This document shows positions 49,201 to 62,199 of a DNA stretch of 64,000 nucleotides, piece after piece. The DNA comes from Camelus ferus (taxonomy: Eukaryota). The stretch covers positions 19,778,001 to 19,842,000 of the forward strand of contig NC_045717.1 of assembly GCF_009834535.1 (NCBI RefSeq), in the 5' to 3' direction. Below the pieces are notes generated by a model. That model did not search any database and had not been told where the DNA came from. It was given only the letters and a program-made list of their open reading frames with translations. Each line of letters opens with the position of its first letter. The first letter of the stretch is position 1. The translations under genes and the position numbers were made by a program.

Positions 49201-52200
49201 AATGCAAAGCTACAGAATTCCTAGAAGATAACCTGGAGAAAATCCAGGTGACCTTGGGTTTGGTGATGAGTTTTTAGATACAGCACACCAAAAGCAGGAT
49301 TGATGAAAGAAAATAAAATGGTAAATTGACTTTATTTAAATGACAACTTGCTCTATGAAAGACAGGGTTAAGAGATTGAGAACACAAGCCACAGACTGGG
49401 AGAAAATCTCTGCAAACCACTTACCTGATAAAGGGCTGGTATCCAAATACCCAAGGAAGTCTTAAAAACTCAACAATAAGACAAGCAACAAAATTAAAAA
49501 TGGAAAAAACATATACCTAGCCAATTAAGACAAAGGGATGGTAAAAGAGTGTAAGAATGAGATTATTACTAGCTACTTTACAGTCCTAAGATTCAAAAAA
49601 ATTGAGAACAAATACTTAAGGATGGAGAAGATGTGGAACAGGAACCCTCATTTATGGCTGGTGGGAGTGGACAACCAGTATGCTTACTTTGGAAAATGGG
49701 CAGTTTCTTAAAGTTCTAAACCTGCTCTTAACCATACAATCCAGCAATCAAGCACCTCTATATTTTGTCAAATTAGCTGAAAACTTACGTTCATTTAAAA
49801 AAAAAAACCTGTGTATGAATTTTTATAAAAGCTTTAGTCATGACTGTCAAGACTTACAGGTAAACAACAGGTAAATGGAAAAATAATCACTGGAACAGGA
49901 ATACAATGAAATACATTCAGTGTTAAAAGGAAATGAGGACTCAAAAAGACGTGGAGAAAACTTAAAATCATATTGCTGAGTGAAAGCAGCCAGTATGACA
50001 AGGCTACACACAGCTTCGGCCGCCAGGGATCTGGGGGTAGGAGGGAGGAATGACTGAGGAGGTGGAGCACACGGGGCTTTCAGTAGCATACATTATGAAG
50101 AAATGATGGACACAACTCATTTTACCATTGCCGAAGCCCACAGATTGTGTAACATAAGAGTCAGTACTACTGTAAATTGTAGACTTTAATGCATCAGTAC
50201 TGGTTCATCAAATGTAATAAATGTACCACAGTAATACAAGATACAAAAAATAGGGCGAACTATGTGAAGGCAGAGGGTTTAAGTGGGAACTCTGTACTTT
50301 GTAATTAAGTTTTCTCTAGACCTGAAACTGCTGTAGAGAAAGGTAAAATCTATTAGAAAAAAAAAGATGAAGTATGATGCATTAATATTTCTCCCTGATG
50401 ACTGAAAGAGGTCATCTTTCAACCAACTGATTTGAAGTTATTTCAGTGAGCCATTATGGTTCTCTTACGAGGCCTGCACCCTGAGATTTGGAAGAGAGGG
50501 TAAAACTACACTGAATGCCTTGTTCCACAGCCCAGCACTGTGTATTCTGAGAAATGAAATGAGTGCCTTGGACTCTGACATGGATAAGCGTTTCCTGGGG
50601 AGGCCTGCACTGTGGCTTCAGTTTACGTAGACAAGTGTTACCTTGAGTTATGTCTTGGGTATCTGCTGGCAAGAGATTCGCAGAATTCTTTTACCACGAA
50701 GGGGTAACTTTTAACCATCCTGGGTCCAGAAACCCATGCTGATGAAGCCAGCTGCCGGTCAGTGCGAAGACGACAGCCTGACGTCTGGTCAGCTGTGGAC
50801 CTGCGAGTCCCATCCTTCATCAGGATGCCCGGATTAAGGGATGAAAAGCAGCAACTCTGCCTGAGATGGATCATGTATGAATGTGGCCATGTTGTCCCTA
50901 AACTCTATGAACTCTCACTGCTTTTCACTCAGGGAGTCCTAAGGAGCTCCCCAGGGAGACCAGGGGGCTGGGAAGGGGGTGACCTTCAGCGCCGTGGCAC
51001 CTGGCAAGGGACTGAGGAGAGGGGAGGCTGTTCCTCCTGTAGGAAGCTTACTGCAGAGGCGCAGGTTTGGCTGTATCTTGTCTCAGGGGGGTCTCCAGAG
51101 GGGAGCTGGCCTCTTGGGGTACTGTTACCAGGTCCCAAGACACAATGGGAAGCTGGATGAGGGGTCACCTGCTCAGGGCTATCTATTTTTAGCACAGCTC
51201 TGTAGGAGGTGAGAACCGCAGCTCTAACGCACACAGACCGGGGCCCCGGGCAGGTCCTCATGTCAGAAGCCTGTGGACAACATTAAAGCCATCATGGGTA
51301 ACTCCAGAGGCATGAGAGGAGGTCACGGAAGCCTCTACTGCGAATCCGTGTCTGAGGCACTGACAGGAGAGCCTGTCCTCTGGTATTCTGACCAGAGTCC
51401 AGGGCTTTTTTGGTTCTTTGTAGGGAACTATTCAAAGTGGGTCAGTTCACAAGTAACAGCATAAATAGGCTCAAGTAAAAATTTGTCAATTTGTCAAAAA
51501 TTTGTCAACAAGGAGTAAGATGCCTCCACAACACCAGAAACATCTAGACAAAGTTGTAGGGACAACAGTGATTTCTTCACTGCGTCAAGGAGGAAGTGGG
51601 CCCCAGATAACCAAATAATTTTTAGGAATTTAAACAAGATGCCAGGGCCTCATGTCATATATCAGCAATGCCTGTCTGCTTTTTAGGGGCTCTTTTTGTC
51701 CATATTTTTATGTTCTGATGTCCTCAGAAAAGGATGTCACTGGTGTAATGTCATACCTGTGCTTCTGGAGGAAGGTGGATTCAGTTCACCTCCTGCTGCA
51801 GACTGTGTGTGTTGACAGTGGTGTTGAGTTTTGCTGAGGGGAACCAGGTAAAGGTGTATCACATTCCTTCAGAGGTGAAGGCAACTACAGCTGAGAGGCT
51901 GTTGAAACAGGCACTGAATGGGACAGACTTAGACAAATCTTTGAGAGCAGAATGTTTACCAGTTGCTAAGTGGATGGAATCAGTAATTTCCATAATGTTG
52001 GGGACTAAGAATTGGGGCTTATTTAGTGCAACCACAGCTCAAGGTGGCTGTGATCCACTATGAGGTATCATTCATCCTTTCCAGGTTTGAGAACAGATCA
52101 AATAAGGCTGTTAAAAGGAGAAACACAGGGGATTAATCATCTCACTAAATAGATTTTATTCAGTGGTTTCAATCCTTCAAAACCCTGTTTAAGACATTTT

Positions 52201-55200
52201 TCCAGTAAAGATATACAAATGGCCAATAAGCACATGAAAAGATGCTCAATATTGCTAATTATCAGAGGAATGCAAATCAAAACTACGAGGTGTCACCTCA
52301 CACCAGTCACAATTGCCACCATTAAAAAGTCCACAAATGATAAATGCTATAGAGGATGTGAGGAGAAAAGGGAACTCTCCTACACTGTTGGTAGGAATGT
52401 AAATTGGTGCAGCCACTATGGAAAACTGTAGAGAGTCCTTAAAAAACTAAAAAACTAAAAATAGTTACCATATGATCCAGCAATCCCACTCCTGGGAGAA
52501 AACTCTTAATTTGAAAAGATACATGCACCCCAGTGTTCATAGCAGCACTATTTACGATAGCCAAGACATGGAAGCAACCTAAATGTCCATTGACAGATGA
52601 CCGGATAAAGAAGTATACACACACACAAAGGAATACTACTCAAGCCATAAAAAGAATAAAATAATGCCATTTGCAGCAATATGGTTGGACCTGGAGATTA
52701 TCATACTAAGAGAAGTAAGTCAGACAGAGAAAGACAAGTATCATATGGTATCAATTCTATGTGTAATTTAAAAAAAAGACACACATGAACTTGTTTACAA
52801 AAGAGAAACAGACTAAAAGACATAGAAAGCAAACTTATGGTTATCAAAGGAGGGGAGGGATAAATTAGGAGTTTGGGATTAACAGATACAAACAAATTTT
52901 ATTTTATATATAAAATAGATAAACAAGGTCCTACTGTAGAGCACAGGGAACTATATTTGATAGCTTATAATAACCTATAATGAAAAATATGATAAAGGAA
53001 ATATATATATAAAACTGAATCACTATGCTCTACACCAGAAACTAACAAAACATTGTAAAATCAATGATACTTAAAAAAAAAAACCCTGTTTAATTTACAT
53101 TGGGCCATATTAAGTAATTTAACTTGGGGGGAAGGTCACTGGGGGCCCATTTAGCAATATAATTTGAAAGCAGCAAAGACTAAAATTTCATTTATAATTC
53201 ACTGGATCAGACCTTCTCTGCTCAGTGTGGGATATTTTAGGACAGTGGGTGATATGACCATAGAGAATCTAGGAAAGACCACAGTTCTCAGGGTTAAGGC
53301 AAAACACACCTATTTGTCTTCTATATGGTATTTAGCAATTCCCCTAAGATTATCTTGGGTTCCTTGCTTCAGTTTAGTGGGATCCCAATACGATGTAATT
53401 TGAGACCTAGTATTGATTATCTGCATGAAGGTTTGTGGGTCAGTGCATTATAGTAGATGACAAAATTAATCCAGAAACTATGTTGCAGAGGCTAAAACAG
53501 CACCCCTGTATCTTTTCATTGTGTAAATTCTTCTGGTATATTCTGGATTTCCAATTGGGTCAAATTGTGGGCCTTTTCATTTGTCCTCTCCCTCCTGTCC
53601 TTCCCTGTTTTGTTTTTTCGGTCACTGGATATACTTCAGGCATGGAGGTATCTGCTGGTATTTACAAGCTGTACTTCCAGAGAGCCTCAAATCAGTGCTG
53701 TCAGGGTGAGAGGCCCCCTCCATGACATCTGGCTCCTTTATAAAGTACGAAGAACCTGGGCTTAAGTCAGGTCTGAAGTAATCCCTTGGCTCTGCCACAG
53801 GGGTGCCAAGGCATTGTCCCCTGTAACCTCGAAGGTCAGGATCTTTGTTGCAATAAAGACAGCAGCAGCAGAAACCTTTAAGGGCCCCAGGGAGCTCTGG
53901 AATTAGGGGTAGGGACTCAGCTGCCATCTGATGACTGCCTTTCCCCCTCTCTCTTCTCCTTTAAAGTAACTGCTGTGTGAGGAACTAGCACCCAACTGGC
54001 CCAGCTCCTGCATGGGCTGCGGCCTGCCTCTCCTGTGTGCGCTGATGCTGAGTCCAATCCAGGCATCATCACAGTTTCTCTCTAACATGCAGATGAATCC
54101 CAGCAAACGCATGGACCCAGGACTAACTTAAGGGGCGCTCCAACCTCATACTGCTGCTCCCAAATGCCTAAGAGTTCTTAAAACTGACAATTCTGGCCAG
54201 CTGAACACAGAACTGAGGCCTGGTAGGTAAACAGTGCAACACAGGCCAGCAGAGCTCACAACTCGAGCTCCCCAGCACCCAGCAGCCCGCAGCGCCGGCA
54301 CCCATCAGACAGGTGAGCGAGTCAGAGCCAGAGGACAGACCCGTGGGTGGTGGTCATGTCTGGACACGCTGCTCACGGTGCCAGCTGCTCTGGGCATCTG
54401 CAGAGGGGTGGCTGAGGCTGCTGCCCATGCAGCACAGACACCCACTGAGAGGGGAGGACAAGGGCTGTGACTCAGACGTCTCAGGGAACAGCAGAGCCGG
54501 CCTCTCAACCAGCTCTGAAATGGCTTCAGAATCTAGAAAGGGAGCCTGCCCTGGGTGCTCACGGTGGCTGGGGGATGGGACTGAGGCAAAAATTCTTGTC
54601 CAAGGGCAGGGGCTTGTATGGCTGGTTTGTGTTGCCATCTGTGGAGCGGAGAAGGCCCAGACTTCTCAGCTTGTCCAGGTGGAGGTACAAGGGGAAGAGG
54701 GAGGTGAAAAAGAAACAATAGGCCCCAGATGGAGTCATGGTGTGTAGGCCCATGTCACCAAACCAAGACTTAACACCTGACCTAACTGCAGTTACAGCCT
54801 CCTCCAGAAATGTAATCTTAACCAGCCGTGAAGTTTCTGGTCCGCACCAGTGAGTAATCGGCCACAAGGGGTTTTTCTACCCCCTCAAAGGAAGAGGAGA
54901 CAGTCCACTCTTTCCTTATCCCTTCCCCCGCCTGCTGATACAAGCGCTCCATTCGTACAGCTCTCTGCTTGCTAGATGCGATGCTGTCCGACTCACCAAT
55001 CAATAAAGCCAATTAGCCCTTTAAAATGTATTTGGTTGAATTTTTCTTATTTAACAGATTTAACAGATGCTTACACTGTGAGCAAACATCAAAAAATGTG
55101 CAGTGTGAGTACTCATTACAAGGACAAAGGTGGGAAAGAAAAATACACATTTGCTTCTTTTACGATAAACACTAAAATCAAAATGCTCAAGAAATGATGA

Positions 55201-55679
55201 ACACTGGTTATCTAGGGGTGGCTGAAGCAAGAGCACTTGAGGGACAAGGATGTCCTGGAGTGAGTCTACTTTAGATTTACACATCTTCTCTTAACAGAGT
55301 TTTGCTAACTTGTGCATGTATTATTTAAAATTAACAGTAATTTGCATAAACCATATTTTTCTATTTAATAATCTTTATTTTTAATTAATTTACTTTTGCT
55401 TTTAAATTTTTAATTTTAAATTTATTTTTTACTTTTACAGAGGAAACCATTCTAAGATTTACTCCTTTAAACACTAATGCTTATAAAAGTTTAAGCCATA
55501 AAAAAAATGAAAAGTTTCAAATCTCTTTCTAACTAAAATAACAAGAGAGGCATTATAGTTTCCCCTTATAGCTCGCTCTGGGGGTTATTTCAGAAATAGA
55601 ACGTTTAGGAGAAGGTGACTTGTAAACTAGGTTCCTGCTTCGCCATTCTTTGGCCATTGAATAAAGCTGCTTCAGTCTC

Positions 55680-55713
<34 letters not shown>

Positions 55714-58071
55714 AAAAAGAGACGTAAGTAACATAGAATGCAGTAGGAATTTGGGTCTAATCCATTAAATGTACTAGAATTTTCAATAATTTATGTTAAG
55801 TTTTGAATAGTTTTCCTCTTATCAATTAAATGAATTCATTTGCTTAAGCAATATTATAGCACTTAAAATTTCAAGGCTCTCTAAGAACATGCACATACAA
55901 AAATTAACCTACAAAGGTAAAAGCCACCTGAGAACTCAAAGACATCCATCTCGTATCTTGAGGCTCTCCTTGCCAAAAAGGAACAAATAGTCTGCTTCCA
56001 GAATTTCTTGCTTTACTCTCAATCAACATACATTTAAACCCTGAAAACTATCAATTTTATATACTCACACAGGAAATAATATCACATACTATTATGGAAA
56101 AATAGAGTTAAGAGCTGCAATATTAAATATATAAACATATACAAGGAAAGAAATGCAAATACTTGAATCAGTGAGACAAGTAGCCTGCTTCCCCACAGTC
56201 CAGAGGAAAACCCACCTTCCCAGACTTGAGGTCCAGATGCCCCTGTAAGGATACAACCCCTGGAGCGGGCCAGTCCCTGGTGATGGTGGGTAGGGACACC
56301 TGAGCAGCCACAGAAACGAACTCTGGAGGCTCCAACATAATGCAAATACTCCTTCTCTAAGGCTTCGATTCTTACAAGTGAGAAAACCCCCGGCCAGACT
56401 CAATTTAAAGTTCTAACTTAAATGTACTTCCAAATTCATAACCCTTGTCCAGGAGAAAGAACTCCTGACCTTCAAAGACTTTCTCAACGTACTCAGTTTA
56501 CTCTGAGTGCACCTACCCTGTGGATGCAAAGCTCAAGCCCATGTTTGGAAACAGGCCCAAAGAAACCACAGTTACCACCTCAGAAAGGGCACCACTCCCC
56601 ATCCCTCACCCACCATCACAGGTGCCTCCCCAGCATCACAGGGCTCTGGATCTTCTTTCACTATGAAGGCTCCTTCGGTGGTGGGTGCGAACAGGGGAGG
56701 ACAACTGCAGGGGGCGGCTCCCCAGGAAGAACAAAACAGCTGGTCCTCCAAGTACTTCCCTTTGCAGACTCAAGGGGGCCTCAGCTTAGAAATACTGACC
56801 ACAGGTCTTTGCTACCCACTGGAGTCGCCAGGACACGACACCATTGACATTTTAAATGACACAAACCTAGTGTTTGAATAATCCAGCACAACCACTCTAA
56901 CCCAGTATTTATGTGTAAAGGAGGGAAGACAATTGTAAGGCATTTTTCTAGTTCAAGAAAACACAAATATCTATTTCTTTCAGAAAGTGAATGTCAGTTA
57001 ATTATTTCCACGGCAAGAAATTGTTTGGAAACAATCATAAATGAAGAAAAGAAAAAAACAGATCTCAAATGTTACAGTCACTTATGGGTAGAAAAAAGGA
57101 AACAAAAGTGTTAACAAATGGAATGGTATAATAGAATTTTTTTTCTGAAATTCACCTTTCTTCCCCTTGGGAAATACTTTATACTCTTTCATGATCTATT
57201 GATGCAGTACATTTACAGTCATTGAAAAATGGAGACTTACAGTGAATAAAGTCACAAACTTAAGGAGGGGCAGGGCCAACCTGGAACTATGATGAAAATA
57301 CAGATCATGTAGCAGTCTCCAAAGGGGAACCGCCACCCAAAGGACTCAAACAGGGTATCTGTGCCCAGGAAAAGTCCTGGGGGAAAAGGCACAGGACTTC
57401 TATACAGTGTAGTTCCAGGTGGTTAATCTGATTTCCTTTCATGGAAAATATACATAGACAAAAAAATTAAATCTTTAAAAAGAGCCATCTATGGCTCTGT
57501 GGAGGAATGATAAACAAAATACTGCGCAGTTTGACGTGCACCACGGAGGACAAACAGTTAATGATGAAGCTATGAACTGAAGAGGGGAAGATGGCGTTTG
57601 GGAATGTGGGGAAAGAGCTGGAAATTTAGGCATTTATTGTGAGCCCTAGGAAGAGCTAGGTGGGAGAACAGGCTCGTGGATTTGTGACCCTGTTCCTCAA
57701 ACATTTGGAAAAGTGAGGGGACAAGGAGCCCCCCCACTCCCCACCCTGGGAAGAAAGAAGGGACTGACGACCCCACAGACCACAGCCCCTCCACCTCAGG
57801 TACCCTGGACACTGAGTCACGAATGTCCCCTGATAACCCTCTCCGTGGTCACCGCACAATCTGGAGCAGACACGGCCGCAGCAGCGAGCGGAGAGGCCGC
57901 CCTGAGTCTCGACTGCCGGCCGAGCCCGCACAATCCGTGCCGCGCCCCTGGCGGACTCGGGTCCACTGGACTCGGGTCCGTTGACCGCAGGGAGGCCCGG
58001 GTCCCACCGTGGCCAGTTCCAGCCAGTCCCTCCGCCCCAGTCTCCCAACACCCGGCCCCCCAACTCACCAT
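43252..58071 (-). CDS. ZNF791: KRAB-C2H2 zinc-finger protein, ZNF791-like, 4 exons, 18 fingers, ~614 aa
   Basis: Exon 1 is ATG-only (58071-58069, AAAATG|GTGAGT). The KRAB-A exon ends at 45559 (TGGCCTTAGTAG|GTAATG), with the rest inferred in gap 45571-45698. KRAB-b exon 45366-45306 (61 nt, [19 protein letters not shown]). Finger exon 44905-43252. Phases fit if KRAB-A is the standard 127 nt. The symbol comes from position (convergent with MAN2B1) and recalled similarity of the C-terminal fingers; a paralogue is not excluded. Confidence 0.75.
45571..45698. other. Assembly gap (128 N) covering most of the KRAB-A exon
   Basis: Run of N flanked by the KRAB-A exon end on one side and acceptor-upstream intron sequence on the other. 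Confidence 0.95.
46085..46192 (-). mobile_element. tRNA-Ala-derived SINE
   Basis: GGAGGTACC...GAGCCCAGGACCTCGTG...AAGCACATGCTCTACCACTGAGCTAT with imperfect TSD TGCA(C/T)GAGG. Confidence 0.85.
46780..50380 (+). mobile_element. L1 fragments (3' end plus decayed ORF2), including N gap 47008-47203
   Basis: GGATGTGGAGAAAAGGAACCCTCCTACACTGTTGGTAGGAATGTAAATTAG and ATATGACCCAGCAATT-type L1 3' motifs. The A-rich sense strand carries endonuclease/RT remnants without a long ORF. Confidence 0.8.
51750..54200 (-). pseudogene. ERVL-class (HERV16/ERV3-16A3-like) internal fragment: protease and RT remnants, split by an L1
   Basis: Minus strand ~53200-53430 gives [25 protein letters not shown] (degenerate aspartic protease). 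~51800-52030 gives [25 protein letters not shown]...AFTSEGM*YTFT (RT). The family name is inference. Confidence 0.65.
52190..53085 (+). mobile_element. L1 3' end
   Basis: GGCCAATAAGCACATGAAAAGATGCTCAA...CAACCTAAATGTCCATTGACAGATGA...CCTACTGTAGAGCACAGGGAACTAT...poly(A). Confidence 0.9.
54705..55056 (+). mobile_element. Probable solo LTR
   Basis: Starts TGAAAA and ends TTTAACA, with internal AATAAA at 55002-55007. No clear TSD found. Confidence 0.55.
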
Positions 58072-58420
58072 TTTTCGGCTTCTCGGTCATCCACCCCACA
58101 ACTGCCGCGGCAAGCGCAGGTCACAGCGACAGAGGATGCCGCGGAGCCACCGCAGGCCTCTAAGGGCACCGAGAGCCGATCTGCAGCGCGGACGCTGGGA
58201 GCGAGGGGAGATAAGCGCGTCCACGCCATCCACGCCCGTCATTGGAACGTCGCCCACACGTACGTAACTGGCGACTCCCCTGATTGGGCAGCTTGCTAGG
58301 CCCCGCCCTTCCGTGCCTGAGTGACAGCAAGGCGGAGGGCGCGACTCTTGCACCAACCTTGTTGGGGCAGTGGGCGGGAGCTGTCCCCACCACAGACACA
58401 ACTTTGGAACAGAAGTCCGT
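58072..58420 (-). promoter_or_regulatory. ZNF791-like CpG-island promoter / 5' UTR
   Basis: CpG-rich. CCAAT box CCCTGATTGGGCAGC (58278-58292) is the reverse complement of the box at 36434-36448. GC box GCCCCGCCC at ~58300. Confidence 0.8.
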
Positions 58421-59169
58421 GAGACCCTCAGGGAACCGCGACCCTTCTTCACAAACACGGACACTTAAAAGTGACCCCGCCATACGTAATGATGAGTCTG
58501 GCTCCACTTTGATCTCTGATTATTTCCTGTGGGAGACATCTGCCCATCCCTCCCACCCCCACTCACTTGGTACTTTAAAGTCCCGCCGCCTCACCAGGGC
58601 TGTAGCCTCAGATACTGACACGTGTGAAACACTGAGGCAGAGAGACGACCAGAAAACCTTTCAATGTAATTCCTTTAGCATCTGTTGAAAGGTCAAAGAA
58701 AAAACTGAAAGAACACTGAGTGAAAAAGAGGTGGTGAAGGTGTGAAGGTAAGCAACCGAGGTCACGTATGGGGCAGGACGGAGGTGAGTCACCGACAGGA
58801 ACATCAGGACACTCTCACCGCTGCCCACAGGCGTTTATGAATCTTCACGAAGATTCCGAGGATGTTTCTATTACTAAATTTACCAGGAAACATTTTGTAT
58901 ACTCCTTTCTGAATATATTTGCTGATAAAAATTGTAAAAAGTAATTAAGGCTGGAAAAGAACATATTTTGTATGTGTTAGTTTTTCCTATAATGTGGCAA
59001 TCTGAGTTTTCATTCACGGTTTTGGCAGCAAATACTCAGAAAGAATGGGTTACATAAATTCATTATATGTAGTTTTTAAAAACAAAGGGTACTGCTATGA
59101 AAAAATCTGGAGGATTTACCAATAAAGCAAATAAATGTATTGCAATATACTTATCATGCTACCTTTTCT

Positions 59170-61560
59170 ATAATCTGCAGAGACAGGTGGAACCTTGACC
59201 CCCATCCAAGGTGTGGCTGAGTAGTGGAGACATACACACACCCACCAGGAATGTATGAAAGGGTTAATTACTTCCCTAACTGAGGTCTCTGTGGAGAGGA
59301 GGGCAGGCCTCTCCAGCAGGTGGGAAAAGGCTTGAGAGCAAGGAATAGAGGCTGGCCTGGGTTTTTTAAATTGAGGTTAGGAGTGGGGCTAGGGTGGGAG
59401 TTCACAAGCACAGCCTTTCTTATCATCTTGTACAAATGTGGGGCCCAAGGGGAAGAAGCGGGGTAAAACTTTAAAGTTGTCAGCTGTCAGATAATAAAAA
59501 TACATACACTGGTCTCTGCCCCCTGTTCCTGGCACAGAGCTCCTAAAACCCGCATGAACTCCTAAGGGATGAGATCATAGGAGCATTTCTTGTTCTAATA
59601 TTTGGTGTTTGACCCTGTCCCTGACACAGAGCTCCTGATACCCTCGTGAACTCCTAAGTGATAAGAGCACAAAGAGCATGTATTTTTTTTGAAGCAACTC
59701 TGGTTGGGCTCCTGGATGGGGGCTGGTCACCAAGAAGACCAAGCCATGGTTAGGAGCGTGGAATTTTCAGCCCAATCTCTCCTCCTCCAGACAGGGGAGA
59801 GGGGCTGCAAATGGAGTTCAAAACTGATCACGCCTATGTGAGGAAGCCTCCATAAAATCCTAACACTACGGGGTAGGGAGCTTCAGGTTGGTCAGCACAT
59901 CCACGTACGAGGAGGGTGATGCGCCCCAACTCCACAGGGACCCTCCCCGACCTCACCCTGTGGGTCACTTCATCTGGCTGTTCACCTGCATCGTTCACCA
60001 CACCCTTTAATAAACTGGTGAATGTAAGTTAAGTGATTCCCTGAGTTCTCCGAGCTGATCTAGCAAATTAATCAAACCCAAGGCAGGGGTTGTGGGATCC
60101 TCTGGTTTGTAGCCAAGTCAAGAGAAGTTGTGAGTAACCTGGGGACCTCCTCCTGTGACTGGCATCTGAAGTGGGGATGTGGGGGTGGGGGGGTGGGCAG
60201 CCTTGCAGGGCTGAGCCCTTAACCTGTTGGATATGGTGCCACCTCCAGGTAGTAGCGTCAGGATGGAGTTAAGTTGTAGGACACTCGCTGGTGTCACAAA
60301 GAATTACTTGTTGTGGGGAAAAACCCTCACACATTTGGTGACCAGCAGTGCCAGAGTGTTCTGGGTGACAGTAAAGGAGACACACAGGAGGGAAGAACTG
60401 GGTTTTCTCTACTCGGGGACAATACAGAGTTTTCCCAACACATCATCAGTCAAACATTTAAAAATGGAGTCAGAGACCTCTGGTTTCCAGTCTGGCAGAT
60501 AAGGAGCTTAGATGGTAACAATCCCATCCTCAACAATAAAAAGAAAACAAACTTAAAATCAGTGACTCTTCTTAGATCTATCAAAGAACTGAGGTCACAG
60601 GGCAAACCACTGTCTCCAAAATTGGAAACTGACAGAAGAGTAGCCATTTTGAAACATGCCCACAATATTCTGCTCTTAACAAGTCCTGTCCTCAAAAGAC
60701 TCTTCCATTAGAGACTAACCAGCTGGGATTTTACCAGCGCCTGTGTGACACGGTGGGAGGGAAGTAGCCAGCTTGAGTCCCTTCTGGCCCTTCTGCCCGA
60801 CCTCACAGCAAATACGCGGTATGCTTTCCAAAACTATCCCAACTCTCCACCACCACCCAAGTGTCCTGCAGTTCAGTTCAGTTCTAACACAAACTGGCCA
60901 GAGTTAACACCAGACTCCGCAGCTTAAAGTTCAGTCCTTCCAGACTGCCCCCGTGCCCAGCGCAGCTGCAAATGCGGGGTGGGGCCGGCTGCGCACATTT
61001 CTGCATGGCTCACGACAAATTCCGAGGTTCCCTGCACAACACCTCATGTTTGTTAATTGGCTGGAACAACTATCAGAATTAAGGAAAGCACTTTATTATT
61101 ACTGGTTTATTGTAAAAGACACGAGTCAGGAACAGCCAAATGGAAAGTGTGCACAGGGCGAAGTTGGGGGCAGGGAGCAGTGTCTCCCAGCACACTGGCG
61201 GGGTTACCAAGTCAGATCCTTCTGACTCTCAAGGTTTTGGGGTTTCAGTGGAGTTTCCTTAGGTAGGCCTGACTGATTAAACCTTTGACCACTGGTGAGT
61301 AACTCAGGCTCCCGCCCCTTTCCCCTCCCCAGAAGCTGGGAACTGGACTGGAAGTTCTATGCCTCTAATCAAAGCTTGGTCTTCCTGGCGACCAGCCTCC
61401 ATCCTGAAGCCCTCTAGGGGCCTTGAGCAGTTGCCTCATCAGAACATAAGATGCTCCCATCCCCCTTATCACTCGGAAAGCCCAAGGGCTTTAGGAAGTC
61501 TTTGCTGAGAACCATGGACAAAGACCAGACGTTTTTCTTATTATACCACAGAAGGTCACA
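59170..61560. mobile_element. Cluster of old ERV LTR sequences (MER21/MER39-like, by recollection)
   Basis: LTR-type composition with AATAAA (~60009) and recalled MER21-family motifs (GGAGAGGGGCTG..AATGGAGTTCAA, CCTGAGTTCT..GAGC..ATCTAGCAAATTAATCAAACCCAAG). Boundaries are approximate. Confidence 0.55.
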
Positions 61561-62199
61561 GCTCAGGGACACAGGCTCACTGAAATACTGAGACCCAGTC
61601 ATGGGACGAAAGAACATTTCCTCCACCCTCAACATACCAGTGCACCAAGGAGACTCGTGTTTAACTACAGTGTGAAACACTGGAAAAGCTGTATGTCTCA
61701 GAACTTACTTATATGTCTCAAAAGTACCCCAGAGGTGACATGGGAGACAAAAGCAAGGACACTTGGAGATATCTTACCTCTGACAGCCACAGCAAATAGT
61801 CCGCATCGCCCAAATGCTAGTCAGGTCAACATGAAACCTCACGCTAAAGGCCTGTTTACCTCAGTTCCTTTTCACAGTACATGTCCAGTATGCAGCAAAA
61901 TATTCAAAGGCACAATAAAAGGCTTAAAAAAACACATCTTTAGGAGGTAGGACATGGAAAGGAACCTGATTCAGATGTAGCAGATATGTTGGAATTATCA
62001 GACCAGATCTGAAGGAACCGGGATCAACACGCTAAGGGCCCGCTGGCCACTACATACTCAGTCACTCCAGCTTATGGATAAGTGCAGTGAACGGCAGCAG
62101 TGTTACAGGGGTGGGGGCAGGAACTGGAACCCTCTGTTCTGAGGAACCTGCACACCCACTGAAGTGATGACAGACTGTTTCTTCAGAGAGGACGAGGTG

